Below, one piece after another: positions 38,693 to 47,730 of a stretch of 64,000 nt of DNA. The translations under genes and the position numbers were made by a program. This DNA is from a virus. Its lineage: Duplodnaviria > Caudoviricetes. Where the stretch lies: positions 96,001 to 160,000 of IMG/VR virus record IMGVR_UViG_3300020469_000008, one strand, 5' to 3'. Each line of letters starts with the position of its first letter. Position 1 is the first letter of the stretch. The notes beneath the pieces were generated by a model. That model worked only from the letters and a program-made list of their open reading frames with translations. It was not told the origin of the DNA and searched no databases.

Positions 38693-39112
38693 TTGAAGTA
38701 TAATTCTTATAATTATTTTAATGATTTTTTTGACGACAAACTTTTTAATAGCTTATCGTCTGTGACATCTAAAAGATCTACAAAAAATGTATACCCACAG
38801 TGTAATATAACACAAGCAGATGATGGAGGTTTTAATTTTCATTTATATGTTCCAGGATTTTCAAGGAACGATTTTAAAATTGATGTGAAAAACAATGTAC
38901 TTACTGCAAAAGGCCAATTGTCAGAAGCATCACGTACAAAATATGTACAACAAGAGTTTTCTCAATACACATCTTTTGAGCGCTCTTGGACTTTACCCCA
39001 AGGTGTGAATGTGGACGGTATCGACGCGTCTTACAATGCAGGTATTTTGCAGATTTCTGTACCTTTATTGCAAGAACGTAAGCCTGAAACAAAAACAATT
39101 ACAGTCCAGTAA
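38693..39112 (+). CDS. Small heat-shock protein (Hsp20/alpha-crystallin)
   Basis: VPGF....I.V.NNVL, FERSW.LP..V..D.I.ASY..GIL.I.VP; AAGGAGG + TTG. Confidence 0.92.
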   Translation: MKYNSYNYFNDFFDDKLFNSLSSVTSKRSTKNVYPQCNITQADDGGFNFHLYVPGFSRNDFKIDVKNNVLTAKGQLSEASRTKYVQQEFSQYTSFERSWTLPQGVNVDGIDASYNAGILQISVPLLQERKPETKTITVQ

Positions 39113-39128
39113 TTAAAATAATACATTT

Positions 39129-39168
39129 TTGCGCGCAGAGTGTAACCTGCGCGCAATTATAGTATAAT
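39129..39168 (+). promoter_or_regulatory. Promoter of sigma gene with a perfect 10-bp inverted repeat flanking the -35 box
   Basis: TTGCGCGCAG-agtgtaac-CTGCGCGCAA; GTGTAA-17 bp-TATAAT. Confidence 0.65.
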
Positions 39169-39211
39169 AACAATACAAACTAAACATTAAACATTAAACA
39201 TTGGAGAACAT

Positions 39212-39958
39212 ATGAAAACGAACAGTTCACTCGAATTGTACTTTCGAGATATAAAGCGACAGACCAAACTCTTGACAAGAGAACAAGAAGTTGAATTGGC
39301 CAAACGGATCGAAGCAGGTGATATGCGTGCACGACGTATTATGATTGAGTCAAACTTGCGTTTGGCAATATCTATTGCTAAAAAATATGCACAGTATGGC
39401 GGAAGTCTAGAAGATTTAATTCAAGAAAGTAACATTGGTTTAATTAAAGCAGTCGAAAAATTCGATTGGCGTAAAGGCTTTAAGTTTTCAACTTATGCAT
39501 GCTGGTGGATTAAGCAAGCTGTAACGCGCAGCTTAACTTCTAATAGCACACTACTCAAAGTACCTTCTCACACTCTTTCTAATGCTAGAAAAATCTGGGC
39601 CTTAAGACAAGAGTATCAAGAAGAGTTCGGGCACGAACCATCAATTGATGAGATATGTGAAGCTTTAGGGATGACAGAAAAACATGTGCGCAATGCACTA
39701 GACGCTGTCAAAACAAAAAGTATTGCATCTATCGATCAGAAAATAGGTGATGAAGGTAATAGAACATTAGGTGATGTCATTCCTGATAATGATTCACCAA
39801 ATATCGAACAAATACTTGACAACGAATTAATCCGTGCAAGAATTGTTAAGGCGCTTACTTCTTTGACTAAGCGCGAAGAGTTGGTTCTTCGCATGCGTTT
39901 TGGTATATCAGAAGTAAGTGAAGATGATGAAAATGTTTACGAAGTAGAACTAGCATAA
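39212..39958 (+). CDS. RNA polymerase sigma70-family factor lacking region 4.2
   Basis: Region 1.2 YFRDI..LLT.EQE, region 2 DLIQESNIGLIKAVEKFD.RKGFKFSTYA.WWI.QA, ends soon after LRMRFGI. Confidence 0.92.
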   Translation: MKTNSSLELYFRDIKRQTKLLTREQEVELAKRIEAGDMRARRIMIESNLRLAISIAKKYAQYGGSLEDLIQESNIGLIKAVEKFDWRKGFKFSTYACWWIKQAVTRSLTSNSTLLKVPSHTLSNARKIWALRQEYQEEFGHEPSIDEICEALGMTEKHVRNALDAVKTKSIASIDQKIGDEGNRTLGDVIPDNDSPNIEQILDNELIRARIVKALTSLTKREELVLRMRFGISEVSEDDENVYEVELA

Positions 39959-39981
39959 TAATATAATAAGGAGAAAAGATT

Positions 39982-40275
39982 ATGGCAATGCCTAAAGGAT
40001 TTAAAAGCGAAAACGGCTATGGTACATCAAAATTATTTGATGGACTAACTTATCATGAAATTGCAGATACTATGCGGGAGTCAGGATATAAAATGAATCA
40101 TTCAACAGCAAGAAATGTATTTGTCAATGCATTGATTAAGGTTGCAGACGAAATTGCTGATTTATATCAGCTCGAGCTAACTGATAAAGATTTGAAGCGT
40201 TTGGCAATCAACCCAGACTTTCAAGACTCTGTTCGTGGTTTTTTAAGTGAGTTAGAAATTGAGCGATCCAAATAA
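39982..40275 (+). CDS. Stand-alone HTH protein resembling sigma region 4.2
   Basis: GLTYHEIA..M......STAR....AL.K; own AAGGAG RBS. Confidence 0.65.
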   Translation: MAMPKGFKSENGYGTSKLFDGLTYHEIADTMRESGYKMNHSTARNVFVNALIKVADEIADLYQLELTDKDLKRLAINPDFQDSVRGFLSELEIERSK

Positions 40276-40528
40276 GCTGTTATTTCTTGATTTGAACTTT
40301 CGAACTGCTTTGTTAGAGAGTGTAGACTGGGATGAAGCTCAGTCTGCCTCTCTTTTACAGTATCTACAAGAATCCTTAACAAACTTATCTGTATTGCCTG
40401 AAGATATATTAGAACATATATTGATTGAATATGGTGTGGCTGCACATACACTAATAAAAAAAATGTTTGTAGACGCATATATAGAAAGTGGATTGTATAC
40501 AAAATCAAAGGATGATTATGAGCATTAA
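40259..40528 (+). CDS. Hypothetical protein
   Basis: TTG start; operon position. Confidence 0.55.
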   Translation: MSDPNKLLFLDLNFRTALLESVDWDEAQSASLLQYLQESLTNLSVLPEDILEHILIEYGVAAHTLIKKMFVDAYIESGLYTKSKDDYEH

Positions 40529-40808
40529 ATTAGAATATATTCTTAAAAGAAATAAATCGAATTTGAAAACATTTATTCAAAAAAACAGATTAACTTCGTA
40601 TCAACGATTGTTAGAATATTGTGAATCACGAAAATTTATTCCTTGTGCAGAAGAAGAGTACAATAAAGTAGTTAAGGAACCGGTTCAAAATGAAAGAAAA
40701 AAAGTTAGTGGGAAAGCTAGTCAAGCACAAGAACCAAAAAAACGTAGGTATCGTCGTAAAAAACAACAAGATACACCCAAGTTACCTGACAGTTCTGACG
40801 ATGGGTAA
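40518..40808 (+). CDS. Basic hypothetical protein
   Basis: Start trimmed to MSIKL. Confidence 0.6.
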   Translation: MSIKLEYILKRNKSNLKTFIQKNRLTSYQRLLEYCESRKFIPCAEEEYNKVVKEPVQNERKKVSGKASQAQEPKKRRYRRKKQQDTPKLPDSSDDG

Positions 40809-40877
40809 ATTAGAAGAATGGCATATTTTATCTGTTGTAACAGATAATTAGTATATGTAATTAAAAAGGAGTTTATA

Positions 40878-41198
40878 ATGGCAACACATTGGCCCAAGCC
40901 CGGAATAAATCACGTAGGTGAGTATCAAGCATCAGGACATTTAATGCCCATCAATGGATCTAGTGATATAGTTAAATTAAAATTTGTTGCTAGCTCAATT
41001 ACTTTTACACAGAATGGAGCGTTTACTGTCTATGACGGAAACAGCAATGAATCAACAACTGTCACAGTTGGCGCAGCATGCAGAATCAAAGGTAAGTTTT
41101 TAACTTTTAAAACAACGGGTGATGCTGTTGTTGAGATTACAAACATACCATCAGGTTCTTATGCACCACCTTTGTTCACACAAATCACAGGTAGCTAA
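40878..41198 (+). CDS. Hypothetical (probable virion) protein
   Basis: AAGGAG RBS; ATAATTA at 40844. Confidence 0.7.
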   Translation: MATHWPKPGINHVGEYQASGHLMPINGSSDIVKLKFVASSITFTQNGAFTVYDGNSNESTTVTVGAACRIKGKFLTFKTTGDAVVEITNIPSGSYAPPLFTQITGS

Positions 41199-41203
41199 CT
41201 AAA

Positions 41204-41434
41204 TTGAAATACAGTAAAGGCGACTTAGTATTGTTGCGAGGAAGAGCGTTGTCTATGAGTGACAACGCTTTTTTTGTAGGTGTAATATTGTCTGAATCTG
41301 AAAAAAGGTATACAAAAGAATATGACGATTTGTGGAACACTAAAGAATTAATTTGGGAAAAAGTGTACAAAGTGCTAACACAGGGTAAAATTATTAATGT
41401 CACATATTATGATATTAAAGGAAAAGCACATTGA
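41204..41434 (+). CDS. Small hypothetical protein (SH3/KOW-like)
   Basis: KYSKGDLV start, beta-rich. Confidence 0.55.
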   Translation: MKYSKGDLVLLRGRALSMSDNAFFVGVILSESEKRYTKEYDDLWNTKELIWEKVYKVLTQGKIINVTYYDIKGKAH

Positions 41435-41889
41435 AGGAAATTAAAAGACAACTAATTGACAATAAAAAAATTGTATGTGTGTCAGGTGGATTTGACCCGA
41501 TCCATATCGGACATGTAAGAATGATACTAGACGCAGCAAAGCTAGGGCATGTAATTGTTATTGCAAATTCAGACGAATGGCTAGTTCGCAAAAAAGGTTA
41601 TGTGTTCATGCCTTATGAAGAAAGGCAAGAAATTCTGTATGCGATCAAGGGTGTTGTTGATGTAGTTGAAGCGAAAGACGACAACGATACCGTGTGTGAA
41701 TCTCTACGTCATTTAAACCCCCATATCTTTGCAAATGGGGGCGATAGAGGTGATAGAAACACACCTGAGATGGATGTATGTAAAGAACTAGATATTCAAA
41801 TGGTTTGGGGGATGGGAGGCAATAACAAGCCCCAATCTTCATCCTGGTTAATTGATGCAATTAGAAACAAGGCGGAGAGCGAAAAATGA
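41431..41889 (+). CDS. Cytidylyltransferase-like nucleotidyltransferase (RfaE-II/TagD type)
   Basis: SGGFDPIHIGH, NSD..L.RKKG..FM...ER, FANGGDR. Confidence 0.88.
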   Translation: MKEIKRQLIDNKKIVCVSGGFDPIHIGHVRMILDAAKLGHVIVIANSDEWLVRKKGYVFMPYEERQEILYAIKGVVDVVEAKDDNDTVCESLRHLNPHIFANGGDRGDRNTPEMDVCKELDIQMVWGMGGNNKPQSSSWLIDAIRNKAESEK

Positions 41890-42704
41890 AAAAAATTGTT
41901 TTATTTGATATGGACGGTACTTTAACACCTGCGCGTAAGGAAATGCCAGGTGAAATTGCAGAAAAATTATTTATTCTGCACAACTCAGGCTATGATATTG
42001 GGATTATTTCCGGATCAGGTTTAAATTACATAATGGAACAGTGTTGTATTCTATTTCAAATGTACGGTGCTAGACTGGATAATCTTAAAATATATCCTTG
42101 TAATGGCACGAAATATTACAAATGGAATAGTTTAAAATCAGAACCTGAAAGTCAGTATCAAAACAGTATTAGATCTGAGTTAGGCTCTGTTAAATTAAAA
42201 AAAGTGTTAAACGCACTGTTAAAATATCAAATTGATTTTATGAACAATTACGAATTTAGCGAACGATTTAATTACACTGGTACATTTGTCGATTACAGAG
42301 AGTCAATGATTAACTGGTGCCCTATCGGTAGAAATACAGGCTTTAGTGACCGTGCTGTCTTTGAAGATTTAGACTCATATTTCAAAATAAGAAATAAGTT
42401 TGCAAGGGTGCTTGGAAAAGATTCTACCTTTTCAGGTTTAGCAATTAGAGTCGGAGGCGCCACAAGTTTTGACATATACCCACACGGATGGGACAAGACA
42501 TTTCCGATGAATGGTAATAGCGTAAAAAGTGGAATGTCAGTATACGATGAAATATATTTTGCAGGTGACAAGTGTCAAGAAGGCGGCAATGATCACGAAC
42601 TGTACTTACACGTAAAACTTCTAAACGAAGAAAACGTGTTTGAGTCAAATGGACCAGGACATACGATCAACTTTATTAACGACTTAATTAATAGGACAAG
42701 ATGA
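41886..42704 (+). CDS. Phosphomannomutase, HAD-IIB (eukaryote-type PMM) family
   Basis: FDMDGTLTPAR, R..MINWCPIGR, GG.TSFDIYP.GWDKT, GDKCQEGGND. Confidence 0.88.
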   Translation: MKKIVLFDMDGTLTPARKEMPGEIAEKLFILHNSGYDIGIISGSGLNYIMEQCCILFQMYGARLDNLKIYPCNGTKYYKWNSLKSEPESQYQNSIRSELGSVKLKKVLNALLKYQIDFMNNYEFSERFNYTGTFVDYRESMINWCPIGRNTGFSDRAVFEDLDSYFKIRNKFARVLGKDSTFSGLAIRVGGATSFDIYPHGWDKTFPMNGNSVKSGMSVYDEIYFAGDKCQEGGNDHELYLHVKLLNEENVFESNGPGHTINFINDLINRTR

Positions 42705-43297
42705 ATATATTTATATTAGACGAACAGCCCCAAAAAGCTGCAGAATACCATTGCAATAAACACGTAGTTAAAATGATTCTAGAGGCAGGTCAAATGTTGT
42801 GTGCAGCGCACTGGATGAGTTGGCTAGATAAGTTTGACAAAACTCGATCAGACTTTAAGCTGATGCGGGACGTAAAAGAATATTTAAGAGTTAATGTACC
42901 TCTAGATAAACAACCACCCTGGGGTCTGACACATGTCAATCATCCTTGTACTATCTGGACCAGACAGTCTGCAGAAAACTATGGTTGGCATGTAGAGCTA
43001 ATGAGGTGTTTACTACGTGAGTACAATCTAAGGTATGACAAGATTCACAAATCTACTGCGGTTTATTATTGGCTAATTAAAAATAGTCCGGTTAGCTTTC
43101 CTGTTCAAGGTAAAACTCCATTTCCTATCTGCATGAAAGAAGAGTATAAAGTGGGTGATGATCCTATACAAAGCTATAGAAAGTATTATATTAAAGATAA
43201 GGTCAGGTTTGCAAAGTGGGAGCCTCGGGCAGAAACTCCTGACTGGTTTTTACAGGGAGTTAGAAATGAGTCAAGAAGAAATACAAAAGTTGGTTGA
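42701..43297 (+). CDS. Pyrimidine-dimer DNA glycosylase (DenV-like) family protein
   Basis: MNIF.LD..P..AA..HC.KHVVKMILE..QML, H.NHPC..W. Confidence 0.75.
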   Translation: MNIFILDEQPQKAAEYHCNKHVVKMILEAGQMLCAAHWMSWLDKFDKTRSDFKLMRDVKEYLRVNVPLDKQPPWGLTHVNHPCTIWTRQSAENYGWHVELMRCLLREYNLRYDKIHKSTAVYYWLIKNSPVSFPVQGKTPFPICMKEEYKVGDDPIQSYRKYYIKDKVRFAKWEPRAETPDWFLQGVRNESRRNTKVG

Positions 43298-43451
43298 AGT
43301 CCGGATGATGTTATTGCAAAGCTTTACTAAACATAAAGACTGGCGTAATAATAAAAATGCTATTATGCGAGAAATCGATCACATTGAGACTGTTGGTGAA
43401 GCAATTAAAAAAATAGACGTATTATTGTCCGGACATGTGACATTTTCGTAA
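43266..43451 (+). CDS. Small hypothetical protein
   Basis: Start trimmed to MSQEE after GGGAG. Confidence 0.55.
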   Translation: MSQEEIQKLVEVRMMLLQSFTKHKDWRNNKNAIMREIDHIETVGEAIKKIDVLLSGHVTFS

Positions 43452-43494
43452 AAAATAAAATATTTCCTATATTTAAAAATATGGGGGGTGTTTT

Positions 43495-45081
43495 ATGCTG
43501 TACATTCTATTTACTTTACTGTTATTCTCTTGTAACGATTATGGCGTCAACAAAGTAGTTCAAACTGATCCAGAATTAGTTGTCTACCCTGAATCAATTG
43601 ATTTTGGACATTTACTGTCCGGACATGAATCGGGGCTGGCAACTTTTGCTGTTATAAACGCAGGTGATGAGGAATTAATCATAAGTCAACCTGAACTAGT
43701 CACAAGTAACGACAAGTTTAGCCTAGATAGTGATTTAGAGGAAAACTATACAATCAGTCCGGGAGAAACCTTAGAGTTTGTTGTTTATTACGAACCGAAA
43801 ACTTTTGAAAGTAATACCGGGCTGATTCGATTCGTGACAAACGACGAAGATGAAAATCAATATGAATTACCAGTATCAGGTTTCGGTGATGCACCAGTCA
43901 TGACAGTGACACCAGAGACATTTGATTATGGTCAAATAAGTATAGGATGTGATAATGAAGAAAGAATCACCATCCGCAACGATGGAAACATATCGTTAAC
44001 CATAGAAAATATCACACAAATGGTAACACAACCTCAAGATATTATCATGGAAATGGGTAGTTTACCAGCACCGCCATGGGAATTATTGCCCGGTCAAGAA
44101 GTTGATTTTTTGGTTTCTTACATTCCAGTTGACATTAGTTATGACGAAAGTATTATTCGTATCGAAGGTAATGATCCCGTACTTCCTGTTAAGGAGGTAA
44201 TACAGTATGGCGATGGTGATGTCGAACATTGGTATACACAAACGCACGTGCAAGAAGAAATAGCATTGCTCGACGTCATATTCGTAGTGGACAATTCCGG
44301 GTCAATGAATGTATTCCAGCAAGAGTTAGGCAATCAAATGAGTTCATTCATGTATGTTTTTAATGCATCAGGAGCAGATTATCACCTTGCAGCGATTACA
44401 ACAGATGAAGCTCGATTTATTTATTTTGATGGGCTAACTTGGATTGACAAATCACACCCACATCCAATTGCTTGGATGCAGAATGTTATTTCATCTATCA
44501 GTACTACAGGAAGTGGCATGGAAAAAGGTATTGAAATGGCAAAGTACGCACTGGAAGGAGATGGCGCACCAGGTAATGGTTTTTATCGTGAAGACGCAAC
44601 CATGGTCATAATATACGTATCTGATGAACCAGATCATTCGAGCGGTGGGTATGGTTCATATACATCTTTTTTTGATGGTTTTAAGGCATCGCCTGACTTA
44701 ATGAGACAATTTGCTGTAATTGGTGATTATCCATCCGGATGTCAGTTTCCTTGGATGTCTTCACACAGAAATGTATTCTTTGGATCAGGCTATTATCATA
44801 TGACTCAAAGGTACAACGGTGATTGGTATTCAATATGTGCCACAGACTGGGGTCAACAAATGCAAAACTTAGCAACTACTGTCACAACACGTAAAATATT
44901 TCCACTCGATGCACACGATCCAATTGAACAAACAATTTCTGTCTCAGTAAATGGCCAATTAACAAATAACTGGGTGTATGATGTAGGAATTAACGCTGTT
45001 ATTTTTGATGATCATTCTGTCCCGGAGCCAAATCAGACTATTACGATTGAATATGCAGTTTGGGGATGTGGCGATGAGTAG
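43495..45081 (+). CDS. Lipoprotein with two Ig-like (choice-of-anchor D type) domains and a VWA domain
   Basis: Lipobox LLFSC; P..IDFG/P..FDYG Ig repeats; MIDAS DxSxS in VVDNSGSM, ITTD, YVSDEPD. Confidence 0.8.
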   Translation: MLYILFTLLLFSCNDYGVNKVVQTDPELVVYPESIDFGHLLSGHESGLATFAVINAGDEELIISQPELVTSNDKFSLDSDLEENYTISPGETLEFVVYYEPKTFESNTGLIRFVTNDEDENQYELPVSGFGDAPVMTVTPETFDYGQISIGCDNEERITIRNDGNISLTIENITQMVTQPQDIIMEMGSLPAPPWELLPGQEVDFLVSYIPVDISYDESIIRIEGNDPVLPVKEVIQYGDGDVEHWYTQTHVQEEIALLDVIFVVDNSGSMNVFQQELGNQMSSFMYVFNASGADYHLAAITTDEARFIYFDGLTWIDKSHPHPIAWMQNVISSISTTGSGMEKGIEMAKYALEGDGAPGNGFYREDATMVIIYVSDEPDHSSGGYGSYTSFFDGFKASPDLMRQFAVIGDYPSGCQFPWMSSHRNVFFGSGYYHMTQRYNGDWYSICATDWGQQMQNLATTVTTRKIFPLDAHDPIEQTISVSVNGQLTNNWVYDVGINAVIFDDHSVPEPNQTITIEYAVWGCGDE

Positions 45082-45580
45082 AAATTTAAAACTTTTTCTT
45101 ACATTAATTTTTGGTTTTTGCTTAGGTTTGACGATAAAACGTGTTTATGAAGCTAATGTTTTCCACGCGTGGGTGTGGCCAGAACCGCCTATCGTAATAA
45201 ATTGTTATGGCAAAGTCTTACCTGAAATTGTTGTGGTTCGGGCAATTGATTATTGGACAATAAGGGGGTTTCCTATCTCTTTTTACGAAATGAATCCATC
45301 AAAAGAAACGTGTGCGAATGATTCTATAGAAGGTTTTATAATCATAAGGAGAGACCCAAGCTTAGAAAATATAAATGTTTTAGGCCAGACTGCAAGACAT
45401 ACGCAATTAAAGTGGATGAGAAGTGCTGTTATTAGTTTGAGACCTGGATCATATAATCTAGATTTATTATTAGAGCATGAGCTAGGACATGCACTAGGTT
45501 TAGGACATGTAGAAGTAGAAGGTCACATTATGCACCCGATGTACATGCAGATTGGTAGTAAGTTTTGGATACCAAAATAA
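45074..45580 (+). CDS. Matrixin-like (M10) zinc metalloprotease, secreted/membrane-anchored
   Basis: HELGHALGLGH and Met-turn IMHP; N-terminal hydrophobic segment. Confidence 0.85.
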   Translation: MSRNLKLFLTLIFGFCLGLTIKRVYEANVFHAWVWPEPPIVINCYGKVLPEIVVVRAIDYWTIRGFPISFYEMNPSKETCANDSIEGFIIIRRDPSLENINVLGQTARHTQLKWMRSAVISLRPGSYNLDLLLEHELGHALGLGHVEVEGHIMHPMYMQIGSKFWIPK

Positions 45581-45588
45581 TTTGATAT

Positions 45589-47676
45589 TTAAAGTTTGTT
45601 GATTGTCAAATAGGTTAAATGTAATCCTGAATTGATTGTAGTTCCCGATTCAGCTCCCCCAATATTGCGAAAGTTTATCTTAACTTTATCATTTTTCTCT
45701 AGATGCGCAACCCTATCTAGTTTATGCATGTGGGCTGAATTTTCTGCCGATCCACCCGGGAAGTAATTTCTAAATGCAATTCCGCCATTGTTTTGAGCAT
45801 AACTACAAGACGAAGATACCCAAAGCTGATACTGTGAAGTACCAGTATTGATACTTTGCTGGTATGCAGAAACGTTGATATTGTAAAAACCTTCTTCAGA
45901 TGCTGTAAATGTATATGTTCCTGTGTCAAATTCACCTGAACCGAATGTATCTTTAAGGACATTGTTAAAAGGTATAGCTTGGAATTCGTTAGTACCTGTG
46001 GGACTATAAGCAAAATCGCTTGACATGTGGACCATAAGAACTTTTGGTGTTATGTTTGCCGTTAAAGATCCAGATATAACTACATCACCAGTAAATACTG
46101 AGGTACCTCTAGTTGTTGTACCTCTTGATCCAATAGCCCCTGAAAAAATTTGTATTGCATCCAGCTGTGGTTCTATTACTGAACTTGCAGTTGGAGTAAA
46201 AACCTGAACTAGTTCATTGTTACCGTCAGCGCCTGCAAACTTTACCTGCTCATCAAATCTTAAATCAATCCTATTATCACCATCAATAGTTAGAACTTGT
46301 GTATTACCTTTAATCCATGGGCCGTTTGCTAGTCCAGTTCCGTCAAAAAATATTGAATCAGTGCCATCGCCATCACCACTGATTATAATATTGCCGTGAA
46401 GTCGCGCGTTACCACTGACAACTAAATCACCGCCAAAAACAGCCGTACCTGCTGTAGAAGATCCTCGTGAACCTATGGAGCCAGAGACAAAAAAGTTAGT
46501 GTCTGTAGCATTCTTAACGTTGGGACTAGTTCCGGCGCCGCCAGACATTATTAAAACCTGGTCTATTGAACCTTCACTCATTTTGATCATTGATCTGCCA
46601 CCGGCTTCAAAAGATATCTCATCAGCATCAAACGAAATACTAGTATCAGAATCACCAATGTGATGAATCTTATGTGCGATCGCCAGGTCGCTGTCTGTGT
46701 TACTGCTAGAAACTGTAAGCGTTGCTGCGGGTAACGAAGTCACCTTGCCAATCCCTACTCTACCGTCACCTCTCACGCGTAACACCGTTGTCGATGCAGA
46801 CTCAACATCAAAGAGGTTTGTTCCAGAGCCTGTTCCGTCACTGGTAACTTTTAATCCGTGACCTGATGTACCCTGGTCGTTATCAATAATCGCAGCATAA
46901 TCAGAGATATTTGCATATACGCCTAATGCTCCAGTTACTGTTAAAACACTTCCATCAAAATTAAGATTTGCTTCACCGTTTAATGTATCAGACGATGAAA
47001 AAGTTGCAATTCTATTATTAGCACCATTTGTGACACCAGAAACAGAACCGCCTCCACCACCGCCTGACTGATTAACAAAGCTTAAAACACCGTTACCGTC
47101 TGTCTTTATAACTTGATTTGCGGATCCATCTGTTGTGGGAAAGCTAAGACCATTAGCAGTCAGACTACCAGATATCACAACATTACCACCAAACACAGAT
47201 TGACCTTTCCCGTCTTTCGAACCAGAAACAAAAACGTTGGTATCTGAACCAAGACCACTTGGAGTTGCAGTATTTGAATTAATTAAGATATAATCATCTG
47301 CAGCGTCAGTAAATAATTGATGTGTGTTACTGTTAGATTCTATTCTAAAGTCAACATCATTAGAACCTTCATTTATAACAACAGAATCTTGTGATGCATT
47401 TTCATCACAAGAAACCATAAACACACCACCAACAACTAAATCAATACCATCAGAAGCATTAAATCTTATTGACGTGTCAGTATTGCCTGAGCTAATAGTT
47501 CTACCAGTACCCGCTGCATCAGCACCAATGCTAATATTATTGCAAGTAATGTCACCTAATATGCTTGTACTGCCTGTTACGACAAGTGAATGTGTGTCAA
47601 TACCAGCTGATCCGGATACAATGACGCCTTCACCAAACCGCATTGTTGCTGTTCCCATATTTTTTATCTTTGCCAT
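45589..47676 (-). CDS. Tail-fibre-like protein with internal repeats and C1q/TNF-like C-terminal domain
   Basis: Three VSGS.G..G...VFGG.VV.SG repeats; IPFNNV..D.F..G.FDT..Y.F.A...G.Y. Confidence 0.7.
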   Translation of the reverse strand: MAKIKNMGTATMRFGEGVIVSGSAGIDTHSLVVTGSTSILGDITCNNISIGADAAGTGRTISSGNTDTSIRFNASDGIDLVVGGVFMVSCDENASQDSVVINEGSNDVDFRIESNSNTHQLFTDAADDYILINSNTATPSGLGSDTNVFVSGSKDGKGQSVFGGNVVISGSLTANGLSFPTTDGSANQVIKTDGNGVLSFVNQSGGGGGGSVSGVTNGANNRIATFSSSDTLNGEANLNFDGSVLTVTGALGVYANISDYAAIIDNDQGTSGHGLKVTSDGTGSGTNLFDVESASTTVLRVRGDGRVGIGKVTSLPAATLTVSSSNTDSDLAIAHKIHHIGDSDTSISFDADEISFEAGGRSMIKMSEGSIDQVLIMSGGAGTSPNVKNATDTNFFVSGSIGSRGSSTAGTAVFGGDLVVSGNARLHGNIIISGDGDGTDSIFFDGTGLANGPWIKGNTQVLTIDGDNRIDLRFDEQVKFAGADGNNELVQVFTPTASSVIEPQLDAIQIFSGAIGSRGTTTRGTSVFTGDVVISGSLTANITPKVLMVHMSSDFAYSPTGTNEFQAIPFNNVLKDTFGSGEFDTGTYTFTASEEGFYNINVSAYQQSINTGTSQYQLWVSSSCSYAQNNGGIAFRNYFPGGSAENSAHMHKLDRVAHLEKNDKVKINFRNIGGAESGTTINSGLHLTYLTINKL

Positions 47677-47702
47677 TTTTACCTCAAATTAGTTTTTCAA
47701 AT

Positions 47703-47710
47703 ATAATTAT
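47703..47710. promoter_or_regulatory. Palindromic ATAATTAT between divergent genes (candidate bidirectional late promoter)
   Basis: 28 bp from ATG 47731 and 34 bp from reverse ATG 47676. Confidence 0.45.
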
Positions 47711-47730
47711 AAATTAGAGGAGGTTAATGT

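Noticed and set aside
39940-39990. Programmed frameshift or readthrough fusing the sigma and HTH ORFs
   Set aside because: No slippery site is evident, several stops intervene, and the second ORF has its own strong RBS
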